Source: Eledone cirrhosa
Taxonomy: Eukaryota
Length of the DNA stretch: 64,000 nucleotides
NCBI GenBank assembly: GCA_964016885.1
Contig: OZ024750.1
Coordinates: 20,212,001-20,276,000 of the forward strand
Reading direction: 5' to 3'
Shown: piece after piece, positions 1 to 14,469 of the stretch
Layout: the number at the start of each line of letters is the position of its first letter
Numbering within the stretch: position 1 is the first letter of the stretch
Notes under the pieces: model-generated
What the model saw: the letters and a program-made list of their open reading frames with translations, nothing else
Told to the model about the DNA's origin: nothing
Database searches by the model: none
Program-made: the position numbers and the translations under genes

Positions 1-363
1 ATCCACAAACCTGATGGAATGGTAGGGGCACTGTGCAATTTGATATTTTAACATGGTGGAACCAATCATTTTCCAGAACGTATCTGATTTCTTCGTGAGA
101 ATGATTATGAGAGAGATAGAGATTGTACGAGAGGTTCTGAAAAAAGTGAGAAGAAACGAACCTAGTAATGGATTGTACTTTATTCATCGACCTCGGAAGG
201 ATCATTGTTACTTGTTTTTGTTATTGTGTATGTTTACTAGATCTTATTGTAATCCTCCACTGTCCCTGTTTGGGTATTGTTCCCTATATGTCGGCCCTTG
301 TGACCAACACATTTATTATCATCATTGAAAACACGAATGGATTAGTATTATTGATGTTGTTGT

Positions 364-557
364 AGGGCAGTGGGTTGGCAGTATCGGGAGAGGGTCGGAC
401 AACATGCTTTGCAGCAAAGAGATACGGCCCTTTATGATCTGAATTTAAATTCAGCCGAGGTTAACATTGCTTTTCCTCCTTACGGGGTCGATAAAATTAA
501 GTACCAGTAATACACTAGGATAATTGCTGGCCTTGTGTCAAAAGTAGAAACAACCAT
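364..557 (+). mobile_element. tRNA-derived SINE, family A (octopus-type)
   Basis: Head GGGCAGTGGGTTGGCAGTATCGG, B-box-like segment, body TTACGGGGTCGATAAAATTAAGTACCAG and tail GCTGGCCTTGTGTCAAAAGTAGAAAC. More than 15 related copies in the window. TTGATGTT-like flanks on both sides. Confidence 0.9.
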
Positions 558-984
558 TGATGTTTTTGTTATTGTTGTTTCTGTTTTCATAAGTATCGAC
601 CATCATGTATTTAACATTAACATAAAAAAAAAATATTTATCATAGTGGCATATCAGTTCTTATAAAACTTCTTATACCTCTATGTTTAGGGGAGTCTACG
701 TTTCTTTCATGCTTTATAATTTAATGAAATTATATGTTGTGTTGATTGAATTTTATATTATCATGTGTTTTATCAATGTTTAATAACACGTTGATTTTAT
801 GACGTCTTTAACAATGCCCAGTTTTTAATATAATTTTCTTTCTTCTATCACTGTGACTAATAAACAACGGAAAACCATCCCCAGCATCATATCGACTACC
901 ACTACTTCTATTATTTCTTCATTCCTTTGTCATAAACGTTGGCGCTACGTCACTATACATCAACACGGTGGTTGCTGCAATAGC

Positions 985-998
985 AGTAACATTAGTGC

Positions 999-1032
<34 letters not shown>

Positions 1033-1065
1033 GGTGGTAGTAGTGGTAGTAGTAGTAGTAGTAGT

Positions 1066-1097
<32 letters not shown>

Positions 1098-1272
1098 TAG
1101 TAGTAGTAGCAACAATAGAAATAGTAGTAGTAGTAGTAGCAACAATAGAAATAGTAGTAGTAGTAGGAGGGGGAGGAGGAGGAGGAGGAGGACAAGGAGG
1201 AGAAGGAGAAGGAAGGAGAGGGAGAGGGAGTGTATTTCATGAGGATTGACAATGCATCATCACCATCATCAT
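985..1272. repeat. Compound microsatellite (AGT)n/(GGT)n/(AGC)n/(GGA)n/(CAT)n
   Basis: Directly visible. Explains the poly-S, poly-V, poly-L and poly-Y ORFs. Confidence 0.97.
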
Positions 1273-1352
1273 GAACAACAGAAACCTAAACAATACGCTC
1301 GCCTTCAATCAATATCTGACAATTATTTTCTGCCAGAAATATTAATATAATC

Positions 1353-1547
1353 ACTATTGGCAATATCAGTAGAGAGTCGGTCAGACGCCATGCGTTGCAG
1401 CATAGAGTTATCTCCCTTTAGAGTCATGTTCTGAGTTGAATTCCCACCGATGTTAACTTTGCCTTTCATCCTTACGGGGTCGATAACATAAAGTAACAGT
1501 AATGCACTGAGATAATTGCTGGCCTTGTGCAAAAAGTAGAAACAATT
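1353..1547 (+). mobile_element. SINE family A copy
   Basis: ATTGGCAATATCAGTAGAGAGTCGG...CTTACGGGGTCGATAA...GCTGGCCTTGTGCAAAAAGTAGAAAC. Confidence 0.9.
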
Positions 1548-1559
1548 AGTATAGGAGTG

Positions 1560-1960
1560 TTTTCACAGATAAGGTTTTGAATTTCGGATATTCTGTGATG
1601 TTGGGGTATCCATTGGTTCAGCTTGGATACTTTTCCTATTGCATGCAAGCAATTCAGAATGGTGGATTTCAATGCCCCGAACACTTTGGAGAGTTGATGT
1701 GATGTCTAGCGTGGGTCAGCATCCATCAGCTCACGCACCTCCTCGTCAATGAAGTCTGATGAAAGTCACACGTGAGTTCCAACCTTAAGTCTATGATCAC
1801 CGGAAACGAATAGCGCGAACCAGTCTCAGGTACTGCGTTCACACATGTCATCTGACCAAAATATATTGTTAATGCAAGGGCTCAATATTGGTGTGCTTAG
1901 GATTAGATTTGAAGTCATCAAGTAAACAGCTACGAATAAACAATTTGGATAGATCCCTGC
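1560..1960 (-). mobile_element. Mariner transposase N-terminal relic (HTH region through WVPHEL motif), inactive
   Basis: Minus-strand translation with one frameshift and stops: [91 protein letters not shown]. This matches the mariner N-terminus ending in the GKV.K...WVPHEL motif. Cut on the 3' side by the adjacent SINE. Confidence 0.85.
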
Positions 1961-2034
1961 TGCTTAACAGAAATGATAGCAGATGCGGTCACTTCCACAT
2001 TTCTAGAAAACTCTACCAAAATACATCTTTTTGA

Positions 2035-3110
<1,076 letters not shown>

Positions 3111-5416
3111 ATTCACGGCCGTTGGTGTAGATTGCCACCCTCTACACTTTCTCCTTTTCTTTTCTTTTCTATTTCCCCTCTTTCCTTTTGTCATTGCGTT
3201 ATTGTAAATATTGTAAATATATGCTGAAACTTTGAAATAAATAAAATGTCGTCATTGTATACTTCGCTATATATTTTAGCTATTTTTCTCTCTATACTTT
3301 GGTATATTAATTTCGATCTATTGTATTATATTCATTTAGAAATATTTTGTTATATTCCGTTACGATTTCCGATTATATGTATATATCCATTTCGTTCGAT
3401 ATACACCAACGATTCTACATTAGTTGTGCAATTATTTAAAAAAAATTCAAAATAGCCACATGAAAACGATTGCAATAAAATGAAAATAAATTTATTTGAA
3501 ATTGGCAATCTCCTTCGAACATTGCGGCTATAACAAAAGCCATGTGTATGTGATTGGTATATATGTATTGTGTCCTATTAAGATAGGATATTCATAGTTT
3601 TAAAATGGGGCAGTTCTTATCAAGAAAATAGATAACCATTAAGGAGAATATGTATGCAATGGATAGGAGTGAATATAGTCTTGAACAGGATTGATATTTA
3701 ATTTATATTAATACAGATATATAAAACAATGTGAAGGGAAGTATTTCCTAGAAATAATATATACAGAGTCTAAAAGCTATACATACATATCATATTTAAT
3801 TTAAATAGAACTACAAATTTGAAGGATTTATAAAAATATTTTCACCTAGAAATAAGATAGAAAAAACGCACAAATATATACAGACATGTATTTAAAAGAA
3901 GATGTATACATTCAAAATATAATTATGAAAATATATATTTGAAAATAATATATATGACTTATATATTGTTGTATTTACAGTCTTCAATGCTGGATGCGTG
4001 TTAACAAGGTTATTACTGAGTGCTACTGTATTACCAAGTATGAATCATATTCAATGTAACATATTTCTGATTGCTTAATAATACTTAAATAGCAATATAT
4101 TCTTGAAATGTGAAACGCAGTATTACATGAAAGTTTGTGATGACTGCATCATGCCAGACACTGAAGTTATTACTACACTTTTATATTGCTATCTGTCCAT
4201 TAGTAGATAGATTGTGAATATTCGAATTAAGAATCCCTTTGTAGACCTTCTATCCTAACTTTTTAAATGGTGTCAATAGTTAAAGAGTATGTAACATAAG
4301 ACCTATGATGATTATATGCTCTATCATTGGACCATGCTATAAATTTGATATTATTAATCAGACGCTACTATTTTACGGCATCAATGGGAACAAAATGTGA
4401 TTAAACAGGCCTGTTTTAAATGTTCATTTTATAGTTTACTGTAATAAACTGTGTAACTATTGGCTAAAGGAATAACGGGCTCATTACTTTGTACAGTGAA
4501 AATATAATGGTTTCTAGCATAGGCACAATACAGCACTTTTCTGGAGGGCAAAAAACAATCAAATCAAGAACATATCTTGTATGTCATTTTAATCAGTCCC
4601 GAATAACGAAAGACAACGTTGACTACAGCGGGATTTGAATCATAAGGTATAAAGTCGCAATACATAGCGGAAAATGTTTTGTTTAACGTACTAATGATTC
4701 AGTTTAATCACCGCCCATCTAGAGATAATTTCATATTTTTAATTAATAGTGACGTTTCCCAAAACATTTTTAATAACATCAAAAGTTTCCTATTGAATGC
4801 GTTAAAACAGTTTAGTTGAAATATAAAGGGGTGATGTAGTAAACTATTAGATATCTACATAATGGAGGGAATATTAATGTTTTTGGTGGGCTGTATCTAA
4901 TAATTAAACAAACATACGGAAGACAATATATGCCAGAATTGTTTATAACGTATTAATATGGTCAGACAGGAAATCAAGTTTCCATTGTATTAAGTTGAGG
5001 GTTTGCACAAAATGTTTTCCACAAATATGTTCTTGTTTTACGTGAGCGTTTTTTAAATAAGGAAGAAATATAAAGACAATACTTGAAAACTTAATCATTC
5101 AGTAATGATAGGAAGTATCAAATGGAGTGCCAAGAGAAGGCATAATCATATTGACAAAATAATTTTCTCTTTCTCTAAGAAACAGATATCAGTTTATTTT
5201 AGATTAAATATAGATCACATGACAAACGCATCAGGATTTGATTATATTGTCAAAGTGTCAGTATACATAAATAAAATAATCATCGAAATAATATATATTC
5301 GCATACTTTAGTTCTTCACATTCCCGGTATCTAAATACAAAATAGAGATGTTAATAGAAATACACACACACACACACACACACACAGACACACACACACC
5401 CACACACACACACCCT

Positions 5417-5452
<36 letters not shown>

Positions 5453-5706
5453 TCAATGATATTAAATAAATGGAAACTATATTTATAAAAGCATAATTAT
5501 TCTATTATATATATATCAAGGTTACCAAAAGTCTTGGTACGATACCCTTTGAAATATATATAATAGAATAAATATGGTCTTAGAAATATAGTTTCCATTT
5601 ATTTAATATCATTGAACACTTACTCCAGAAATCTGTCGCGTGCTCTGAATCAAACATAAACATCTATATCTGTTGGATTTCCAACAAATTAAATATCTCT
5701 TCTTCT

Positions 5707-5740
<34 letters not shown>

Positions 5741-5760
5741 TAGGTATATATATATATGTT

Positions 5761-5794
<34 letters not shown>

Positions 5795-5825
5795 ATATAT
5801 ATATAAACATATATATATATATCTA

Positions 5826-5905
<80 letters not shown>

Positions 5906-6198
5906 TCAGAGCAAACAGCACGGACACTCTATCTCAAAATTATTTTTGAAAAGCATTTAGAAATGCGCAACCGGTAAAAACTTAAAAACTTAAAACCACA
6001 ACTGAATACTACCCCATACAATCACTAATACTCTTTTATTCCTAATTAAACCATTTTTCAACTGTGAACAATTTGTCAGCATTTTCTATTCCGTTTACCA
6101 ATATATATATATATATATATTTATTTATTTATTTATTTATTTATATACATATGTGTATATATTGGTAGAACACTGGAAAAAGAATTAGTTCACCATAC

Positions 6199-6236
6199 CG
6201 AGAACAATTGTTTCACCTTAGCGGATCCTCAGCTCG
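6199..6236 (-). ncRNA. Minimal type-I hammerhead ribozyme motif in a small repeat remnant
   Basis: Minus strand reads CGAG-CTGAGGA-TCCGCTAAGGT-GAAAC-AATT-GTT-CTCG: intact CUGAnGA and GAAA core, stem I CGAG/CTCG, palindromic stem III, GUU cleavage triplet, weak stem II. Confidence 0.65.
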
Positions 6237-6444
6237 TAATGGACATGGTTATACGGAACCATGTGTATATATATATGTATAACTCTATGCAGCAAAGCAT
6301 GGCTCTGACCCTCTACCAATACTGCCAATCCACTACCCTATAATGTATAAATAATCATAATGGTAAAAATAATAATAAAGAAATAATAATGGCAGGCAAG
6401 ATAAATATATATATATGTGTGTGTGTGTGTGCGTGTGAGTTTGC

Positions 6445-6516
<72 letters not shown>

Positions 6517-6527
6517 ACATATATATA

Positions 6528-6712
6528 TAATTGTTTCTACTTTAGGCACAAGGCAGGCAAATTAACCAGTGCATCACTGGTACTTTATTTTATCGACCCC
6601 GTAAGGATGAAATGCAAAGTCAACCTCGGCGGGATTTTAACTCGGATCGTAAAGGGACGTAACTATGCTGGAAAGCATAGCGTCCGACCCTCTACCGATA
6701 TTGCCAATCCAC
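6528..6712 (-). mobile_element. SINE family A copy at the centre of an inverted duplication
   Basis: Reverse complement of family A: TTGTTTCTAC..GCACAAGG..TATCGACCCCGTAAGG..TTGCCAATCC. Confidence 0.9.
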
Positions 6713-6895
6713 ATACATATATACATGTATTATATATATGTGCACACACACACACACACATAAACACACACGCACACATACACACACACACACATTCACA
6801 CGCACACACACACACATATATATATATTTATCTTGCCTGTCATTATTATTTTTACCATTATGATTATTTATACATTATAATTATTTCTTCATTAT

Positions 6896-7100
6896 AGGCC
6901 GGCGGATTGGCAGTATCGGTAGAGAGTCAGGCGCCATGCTTTGCTGCATAGAGTTACGGCCTTTTATGATCTGAGTTCAAATCCCGCCGAGGTTAACTTT
7001 GCCTTTCATTCTTACGGGTTCGATAAAACAAAGTACCAGTCAGGAACTGGGGTCGATTTAATCGACTTACCCCTCCCCCAAAATTGCTGGCCTTGTGCCT
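6896..7100 (+). mobile_element. SINE family A, variant carrying the GGGGTCGATTTAATCGACTTACCCC segment
   Basis: GGCGGATTGGCAGTATCGG head, GAGTTCAAATCC B-box, family tail. Confidence 0.9.
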
Positions 7101-7224
7101 GTTTTCGTGAGCCTGTGTTTATGTAGCCCCTATACGCAATATATATATATATATATATATACAACTACTGATATTAAACAGTAGTTATAAGCGTCACTCT
7201 TGAACAACACACGCACACATATAT

Positions 7225-7440
7225 GGACAGTCGATTGACTTTCGTCAACTCGGACCGAGGAAACAATGTTTCCATTGGTCTTTCCAATTGCTAATACTAT
7301 CTATCGGTCGCAACTCCAGGTAGACGGAGCACTGTGAAATAAAGTGTCTTGCTCAAGGACACAATGCATCGCCAGCTTCGGGAATCGAACTCACTATCTC
7401 AACATTGCGAATCCAATTCTTACCCATTCAGCCACGCGCC
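7225..7440 (-). mobile_element. tRNA-derived SINE, family B-related (TGTCCTTGAGCAAGACACTT core)
   Basis: Minus strand: GGCGCGTGGCTGAATGG A-box, GAGTTCGATTCC B-box, TTGTGTCCTTGAGCAAGACACTTTATTTCAC. Confidence 0.8.
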
Positions 7441-7569
7441 ATCACTTACACACACACACGCAGACACACACACACTCCCACACACACACGCATATATATA
7501 TATATATATATATGTGTATGTGTGTGTTTGTGTGTGTGTGTGACATGGGACGAGTACAGAAGATGACAA

Positions 7570-7800
7570 TGTTTGCTAATACGTACATTCAATTCAGCTT
7601 ACCTGTCTGCCATTACTCGTGAAGCTGACTTGGTGATAGAAATCCCATGCCTGATTCAGTGTAACTCCAATAACATTTACAGAGCACTGCAGAGTCTTTC
7701 TTCAAAAGACGACTGGCTCACACTTTGCTGCTCGGATTTACATTTATACGGTGTAGAACTATCCGGACAAACTTTTAATATGTACATATGTTAATAGATA
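7570..7800 (+). mobile_element. Possible degraded Tc1/mariner-superfamily transposase C-terminal fragment
   Basis: ORF 7573 SLSSKDDWLTLCCSDLHLYGVELSG loosely resembles the ISKDEWPP.SPDLNP.D...WG motif. Weak. Confidence 0.35.
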
Positions 7801-8069
7801 CATACAGAAAACGTTATGTACATGCCATGCTAACTGGTTGTCAGACTGTTACCACAGGTTTCTAACTACAGTAGCGTACCATAAACAAAACAAAATTGCA
7901 AATTAACACCTCACTGATGAAATCACGTCAATACTTATTATAGAATCACTTTGATGTATTTGAGATACGTATAACTGGATTACACAATAAAGAGTAAATG
8001 TACACTTAAAACCGTATCTCTTCTTCATAATATATGTATATGTATATATATATATACACACCCATATAT

Positions 8070-8172
<103 letters not shown>

Positions 8173-8202
8173 TATGTATATATATGTATACAAATGTGTA
8201 TG

Positions 8203-8247
<45 letters not shown>

Positions 8248-8569
8248 GTATGTATGTATATATATAAATATAAATACGCTTATATACATATAATAGAAAT
8301 ATATCCATTGTTTAGATGACATTTAAATTAATAATGTGTATCTCTCCAAGATATGCATGCATATAAAACATGATCTTTATCTTTCATACTTTCTATATTT
8401 ATCACACCATATTGCGAAAAAATGTCAAGCATTACCTGCTAGGAGACAGGGAATAAAGTATAATATTCCATTAAATATAAATATATATAAAAATGTAGGT
8501 GGGTGAGAGTGTCTATATGTTTATATACACATATACTTATGTATGTATTTATGTATGTTTGTATGTTTG

Positions 8570-8629
<60 letters not shown>

Positions 8630-8904
8630 TGTTGTGTTTAGAGGGGGCTAGAAATACATATAATTCATGCAGGTATGTAGATTTGCAAGGAGGAAATCCA
8701 TATATAAATATAATTGTATATATAATGTGACATGCAAATGAATTTTAACTGTTGAAACTTAAAATGACAAGAATGCGCTGTTAGCTATTTTGAACTGCAA
8801 TACATTACTATATACCTCAGAAATAGTATCATTTCGTCTGGTAATGTGGAATAGGTGCATTTCTCTTTATAAACGTACAGACATACAAACGCACACACAC
8901 ATGC

Positions 8905-9712
8905 CTCTTCTCGTCGACTGATTTGTTTGGACTTAAGTCCACATGCATCATTGACTTGTCTCTCATTTCCTCTCTTTACGTTGCATTACTAATTTGTTGT
9001 TTCTTTACTTTCCCCATCCAATTCGCTTTGTCCCAATAACTTATTTTAGTTATTGCTCGCACTGATTTTGAGGTATCTGGTCTTTAATCTGAAGAAATAC
9101 CAATGATACCGATGATGATGGACAGTCCCGTTTCACGGTCTATTTTCATTCATATGTATCACACTCGAAACAACACAGCACGCCATTTGTTCATTCATAT
9201 AAAATGTATCCCCTAGCTGTGGTTTGTCTTTTTTCTATCACTTTTCTGCTATCCGCTTTATCTCTCCCCCTTCTCTCTCCTTGTACCTCTTGCTTTCATT
9301 CACCCTCTCTGCTGGTCACACATTCTCTCGGCTGGTCTCTTCCTCACACTTTCACTCAATCACTCTCTGCTACTCCCTCTCTCTCACTCCCTCCCGTCTG
9401 ACCTGTGTCAAATACTTTTCTCTCTCACTTTTCTTTTCGCGTGGTTCGGACGTGTCTGGCTCTCTCGTCGATTGATTGGTTCGGACTTAAGTCAACAAGT
9501 ATCATGGACCTGTCTCTCTTTTCCTCTCTTTATGTTGCATTACTAATATGTTGTTTGTTTACTTTCCCCATCCAATTCCCTCTGTCCCGATAACTTATTT
9601 CAGTTATTGATCGCACTGATTATGAGGTATCTGGTCTTTAATGCGAAGAAATGATAGTCAGCAGACGACTGATGATGGACAGTCCCGTTTCTCAGTCTAT
9701 TTTCATTCATAT
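8905..9712 (+). repeat. Two direct copies (about 8905-9155 and 9465-9712) of an unclassified ~250 bp element; third copy at 52965-53415
   Basis: Shared text CTCGTCGA..GGACTTAAGTC..CATTGACTTGTCTCTCATTTCCTCTCTTTACGTTGCATTA..GAGGTATCTGG..GATGATGGACAGTCCCGTTTC..TCTATTTTCATT, ending at TA-rich sequence. Confidence 0.85.
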
Positions 9713-9735
9713 ATATATATATATATATATATATA

Positions 9736-9897
9736 GCGAATGAAAAGTGGTAAGGAACCATTTGGACCATAACGCACCAAAGTACTCAATACTTAGGGTA
9801 GTAGAGTGGGTAATAGGAGTAAGTAAGACCCCGACGGCTGAGCTCAAGCCGTTTCGACGGCTAATTCTGTACTGAAATCGTCGGGGTCTTACTTACT

Positions 9898-9902
<5 letters not shown>
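9736..9902 (-). mobile_element. Small (TA)n-associated hairpin element with hammerhead-like motif (family H), copy 1
   Basis: Perfect 24-bp arms at 9813-9836 and 9879-9902. Body GGACCATAACGCACCAAAGTACTCAATACTTAGGG is shared with 16910-17035, 37158-37335, 37355-37522 and 38130-38260. Confidence 0.8.
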
Positions 9903-9986
<84 letters not shown>

Positions 9987-10442
9987 TTATTTATCTATTT
10001 GTGTGTGTGTGTGTGCATGTGTGTATGTGTGTGTGTGTGTGTAAATAAGGGTGTGTATGTGCTATGAATAGGAAATATTAATAATTTAAGTTACTTTTAC
10101 TAAACCCACATATGATATAGTATTTGCCAAAATATTTTCTCTTTTATTTTCCTTCAGTTTCAGTTAGGGACTGAAGCAAATGGGTAAATATGTTCACACT
10201 TTATGGAGTGTCTGTAATTTAAATGTATATATTTTCTATTATGATTAAAAACAATGAAAACTCATAGATTAAATGTTAACAGAATTAGTATACATCATGT
10301 AAACTGTGTTCAGTCACACCTTAGTTATTTTTGGAGTATTACAATCAGTGTTGTGTTTCTGGTCCTTTGATCCTGGCGTAGTCCAACTCTCTATTCGTTG
10401 GAAATAGCCGTTTCTTCTAGATGTTTCGAGAGAAAAAAGAAG

Positions 10443-10535
<93 letters not shown>

Positions 10536-10944
10536 TAAACTGGAAGATAGAGGTATACTCTACCCGGGTAAATTCTTTATAGACCTAGAAAATGTTGACC
10601 AATATGTTGATTTCGATTGGCTTTGTAATTTATGCGGAATGTTTTGAGCAAATACCACGAAACACTCTATCCATCGGTCAAACGAATTTGCCACTCCAAC
10701 GATAAACTAAATGCTTTTTTTTAACAGGACAAAGCGACAACTGGGCTGGTTCTGCATTCTACTGTCATGTGATCGTGACCCTAACATCCTATTCTGAAAG
10801 TCAAGTGGGCTAAACCTGTACGGTCACCATCAACAATTCATTCAGCTTGTAACTTGTAATATCGGGATAATTCTTGTCCAAATCGAGCACGCATGGAATA
10901 CTAAACAAAAACGGAAAACTAAATTTTACACATAACAAATAATA

Positions 10945-11055
10945 TAATTGTTTCTACTTTTGGCACAAGGCCAGCAATTATCCCAGTGTATTACTGGTAC
11001 TTTATTTTATCGACCAAGTAAGGATGAAAGTTAACCTCGGTGGGATTTAAACTCA
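10945..11055 (-). mobile_element. SINE family A, 3' part
   Basis: TTGTTTCTACTTTTGGCACAAGGCCAGCAATTA..TTTATCGACC. Confidence 0.85.
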
Positions 11056-11556
11056 GGCGCATGACAAATAATATAATGTTCATGTGTTGTAATTGGTAAA
11101 ATATGAAAGGTAATTGGCCCTTAACGTAGACGTTGATATGCCCTTTTGATACATGGTGTGTCTTGGAGATTTTAAACTTAGAGGAGCTCATGCTATCCGG
11201 ACACTTTCTTCCAGAGAAAACAGAGAGAGAGAGAGAAAGGGAGAGAGAGAAAGAGAGAGAGAAGAGAGAGAGAAGAGACAGAGAGAGGTTTAGAAAGAGA
11301 GAGACATAGAGAGTAAGAGTAATCAAGCATAAGATTTCACCTAGTAGTTGTCTGGTATTTTCTTTATTGACCTCAATATGATTAAACGGTGCCATCAGAT
11401 TTACTTTGGTTAGCACTCTGCTAATATATTTTTATATTAAAACATCATGAGGTACCGTTACGACCTATCACATATAAAAAAAAATATTAATAAGAGATAT
11501 ACAAATATTACCTCTGGTATTTTACACCCAATTTGATTGTACATATATTTACAACA

Positions 11557-11647
11557 TTTGCCTTTCATCCTTACGGGGTCGATAAAATAAAGTACTAGTA
11601 ATGCACTGGGTAATTTCTGGCCTTGTGCCTAAAGTAGAGACAATTAT
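11557..11647 (+). mobile_element. SINE family A, 5'-truncated
   Basis: TTTGCCTTTCATCCTTACGGGGTCGATAAAATAAAG..GGCCTTGTGCC. Confidence 0.85.
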
Positions 11648-13360
11648 ATTGGAATACATTGCTTCTAAATAGAACAGAGCAAATATTGTATTCCTATTAC
11701 GGCCGATAATCTTTTGTATATCTTGTTTACAAAATGTTTAGATTAACATTGCCTGCAATAACATGTGACTAAATGAGAATCGTGTTGGAGGTGGGATACG
11801 ACTTGATACGTATGACTAAAAAATTACACATTGTGTGTATGAAGCTTGTCAAGGGACTCGCAATACTAACCTTATTACTCTCTTAAACACACTGTTTTTG
11901 ATGTGGATGTTCAATCCTAGTAATGAAGGATATCTTTAGACAGGTCACTACATTTCCCCTTGTTCTAGCTGACGCAGCTGAAAATGCGTATTTGAGATTG
12001 ACCCTAACAAATACATTTTACATGAGTATCTATAGACAATAAACGTAGTTCATTAAACGTTTATTAATCTATTGTGATGTTGTCATTTTGTGTATATTTA
12101 AATATCACTAGATGCCGATGCGATATATCACAGACAATTTAATAGTTATACAAACAATATATTTTGAAATTTGTAACCACTCTGATTGTAAACTTAATAT
12201 CGGAACATTCTACTGATATTAATTTCCCCCTATTATTGCTGATATTAAAATGAATGTGATGCTCCATATTAAGGTTTCACTGTGCGCTCATGTATATATT
12301 TTACATTAGATACGCCATGCTTCCATGATTTTCCATAGGATAATCACTTCTCCATTAGTACCAAAATTCAATTCATTTTGTTAAGCTTTAGAATACATTT
12401 TTTAATACAAATTCAAACGTATATCCAGTAGTAATGTGATTATTCAACGTAGTCATAGCTGGAATAGTATGTTATCACATTCAATCTGAATTGGTTGTAT
12501 TTTAATTACTGAGAGCGTTTAGGAAGTATATTAACACCGCAGTAATCTCAATGTCCTTAGTAATATGCAGTTTATTTGTACCTTCGTCGTTTCCGACGAC
12601 GAATGTTCCAGTAGTTTGAGCAAGGGAACAGCCTGCCCATGATATAGAAATGGATGTGTAATTTTCTGAGAATCTAGTAGAAAGCTGCATCCGTAACGTA
12701 TTTCTCTTTTCAATTCAGAATAAAAAAAACGACTAACAAGTCTGGTACTTTCAATTAGAGTCACAATTCATTTGATTGAACTGGAACAACTGTAAATAAC
12801 GTGTTATAATAGAGATACCAACTTGCCACCAATGATCAAAATGATATCTCAGTATCACTCGCCCACACGGTTATTAATATATTAGATTGCTAAGACCAAC
12901 TATTGCTTCCCCTTTCAAAAGACACGGATAATTTCTACAACCGAGTTATTCAAGTCGCAACGGACGCTCCGAGGATCAACGTGGGGAATGTGCGAATTAA
13001 TGAAGCAAATAAACAATAGTTCAACCTTTCTTGGAGCAGAGAAATTGTTGTATTTCCTCAAACCAATGTTCACTTCTTTCAACGACCCTGGTGTCAAATT
13101 CTGATGATCTTTGACTTTCACTGGGACAACATAGTATATCAATGAGCTGCAACAATACTGAGGCCAAATTATATTTGTTTTTCCTTTCCTGTTGACAACC
13201 TCGGTGTCATGGAATTGGGTATCTTTTATGTATGGTGCACTGCTAGTCTTCCAAAAAAACACATTGCTTGAAACGTGAAAAGAAATATACAACGTTCAGG
13301 CACATAGTGAATTGTATCTAAAGGCGATATTTAAGTATATTTTTCATACATCTCTCTCAA

Positions 13361-13435
<75 letters not shown>

Positions 13436-13806
13436 CGGAAATACTTCATATATATATGTATATATATGAAGTATTTCTGTAGGAAGTGTAAAGAAAAGGA
13501 GAGTGATCTAGGTATGCTACAGAGCTATTTAATTATGTAATAAACAACAATTGTCTTGTTGTTCATCATAATTATATACATATATGTATATATATTAATT
13601 TTATTTATATATAGAACCATACACACAATACATACATACATGGTTATGCTGTTTAAGCCAAAATAAAAAGCAGTCTGCTGTAAATTAGACCTTTAATATC
13701 TACTCAAGCAAGCTTCTTGATCTTTCATTTAGCTGTACAATAAGTATGTTTAGATTTCAGTTATTTTTATCAAATATAGATAAAAAGGATTGAAATCCAA
13801 AGATAA

Positions 13807-13874
<68 letters not shown>

Positions 13875-13899
13875 ACACACACGCACATACACACACACA

Positions 13900-13959
<60 letters not shown>

Positions 13960-14421
13960 TATCATATATATATATGTATATAAGTTAAAACAATGAAATA
14001 AAAAATCAAGTCATTAGATATATACTTCACTGCTTTACGATCGTTTCTAGATGGTGATAATACATTGCATCTATACTCAGCTATTGATCTATGTTAGTTA
14101 CATTGAGTTCATACAGAATAGACCCCACAACTTACAGAGGATACCTCTGTGTATATATATATATATAGGGATTACTAATCAGTACATCCACCGAATAGCA
14201 TCGGATTTGTAACTCTCCCCACTAAATTGCGAAACATTTCTACCAAAAGGTGTTTGGATGTTGATAGTTATCATAATTCGGTTTGTAATTCTTAATTGAT
14301 CCTTTTAATTGAGTCTAGCAAACCTTATTATCCTTAGTTAGTATTTTCTTCGCACTAGCGATTTACGTCCCTTTTGATTTGAACTCATATATGTATATAT
14401 CTGTGTTTGTCTGTCTTTATT

Positions 14422-14469
<48 letters not shown>

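Larger units (their letters stand above)
10560..13300 (-). pseudogene. Decayed protocadherin-like relic B (EC1 to TM)
   Basis: ORF 12915-13292 VVPVKVKDHQNLTPGSLKEVNIGL (cf. VIIKDVNDHQPEFPEKEVNIEF). ORF 12502 TTGTF..NKLHI..AVLIYFLNALSN. ELNFGTNGEV (~12345-12375). EHHIHFNIS..SDIKFTIRVV. TRGN (~11515). GQELSRYYKLQ..IVDG (~10830-10880). Many stops and frameshifts; SINE insertions. Confidence 0.6.

Noticed and set aside
1-330. Possible exon at the window start (ORF 53-328 and open minus frames)
   Set aside because: No recognisable motif or splice signals, and it is truncated by the window edge.
853-1252. Ser/Arg-rich and poly-L/V/Y ORFs
   Set aside because: Trinucleotide microsatellites open in several frames, with no splice or domain support.
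10560-13300. Treating the relics as intact spliced or RNA-edited genes
   Set aside because: Stops, frameshifts and TE insertions are too numerous, Ca-binding motifs are eroded, and no consistent intron boundaries are visible.
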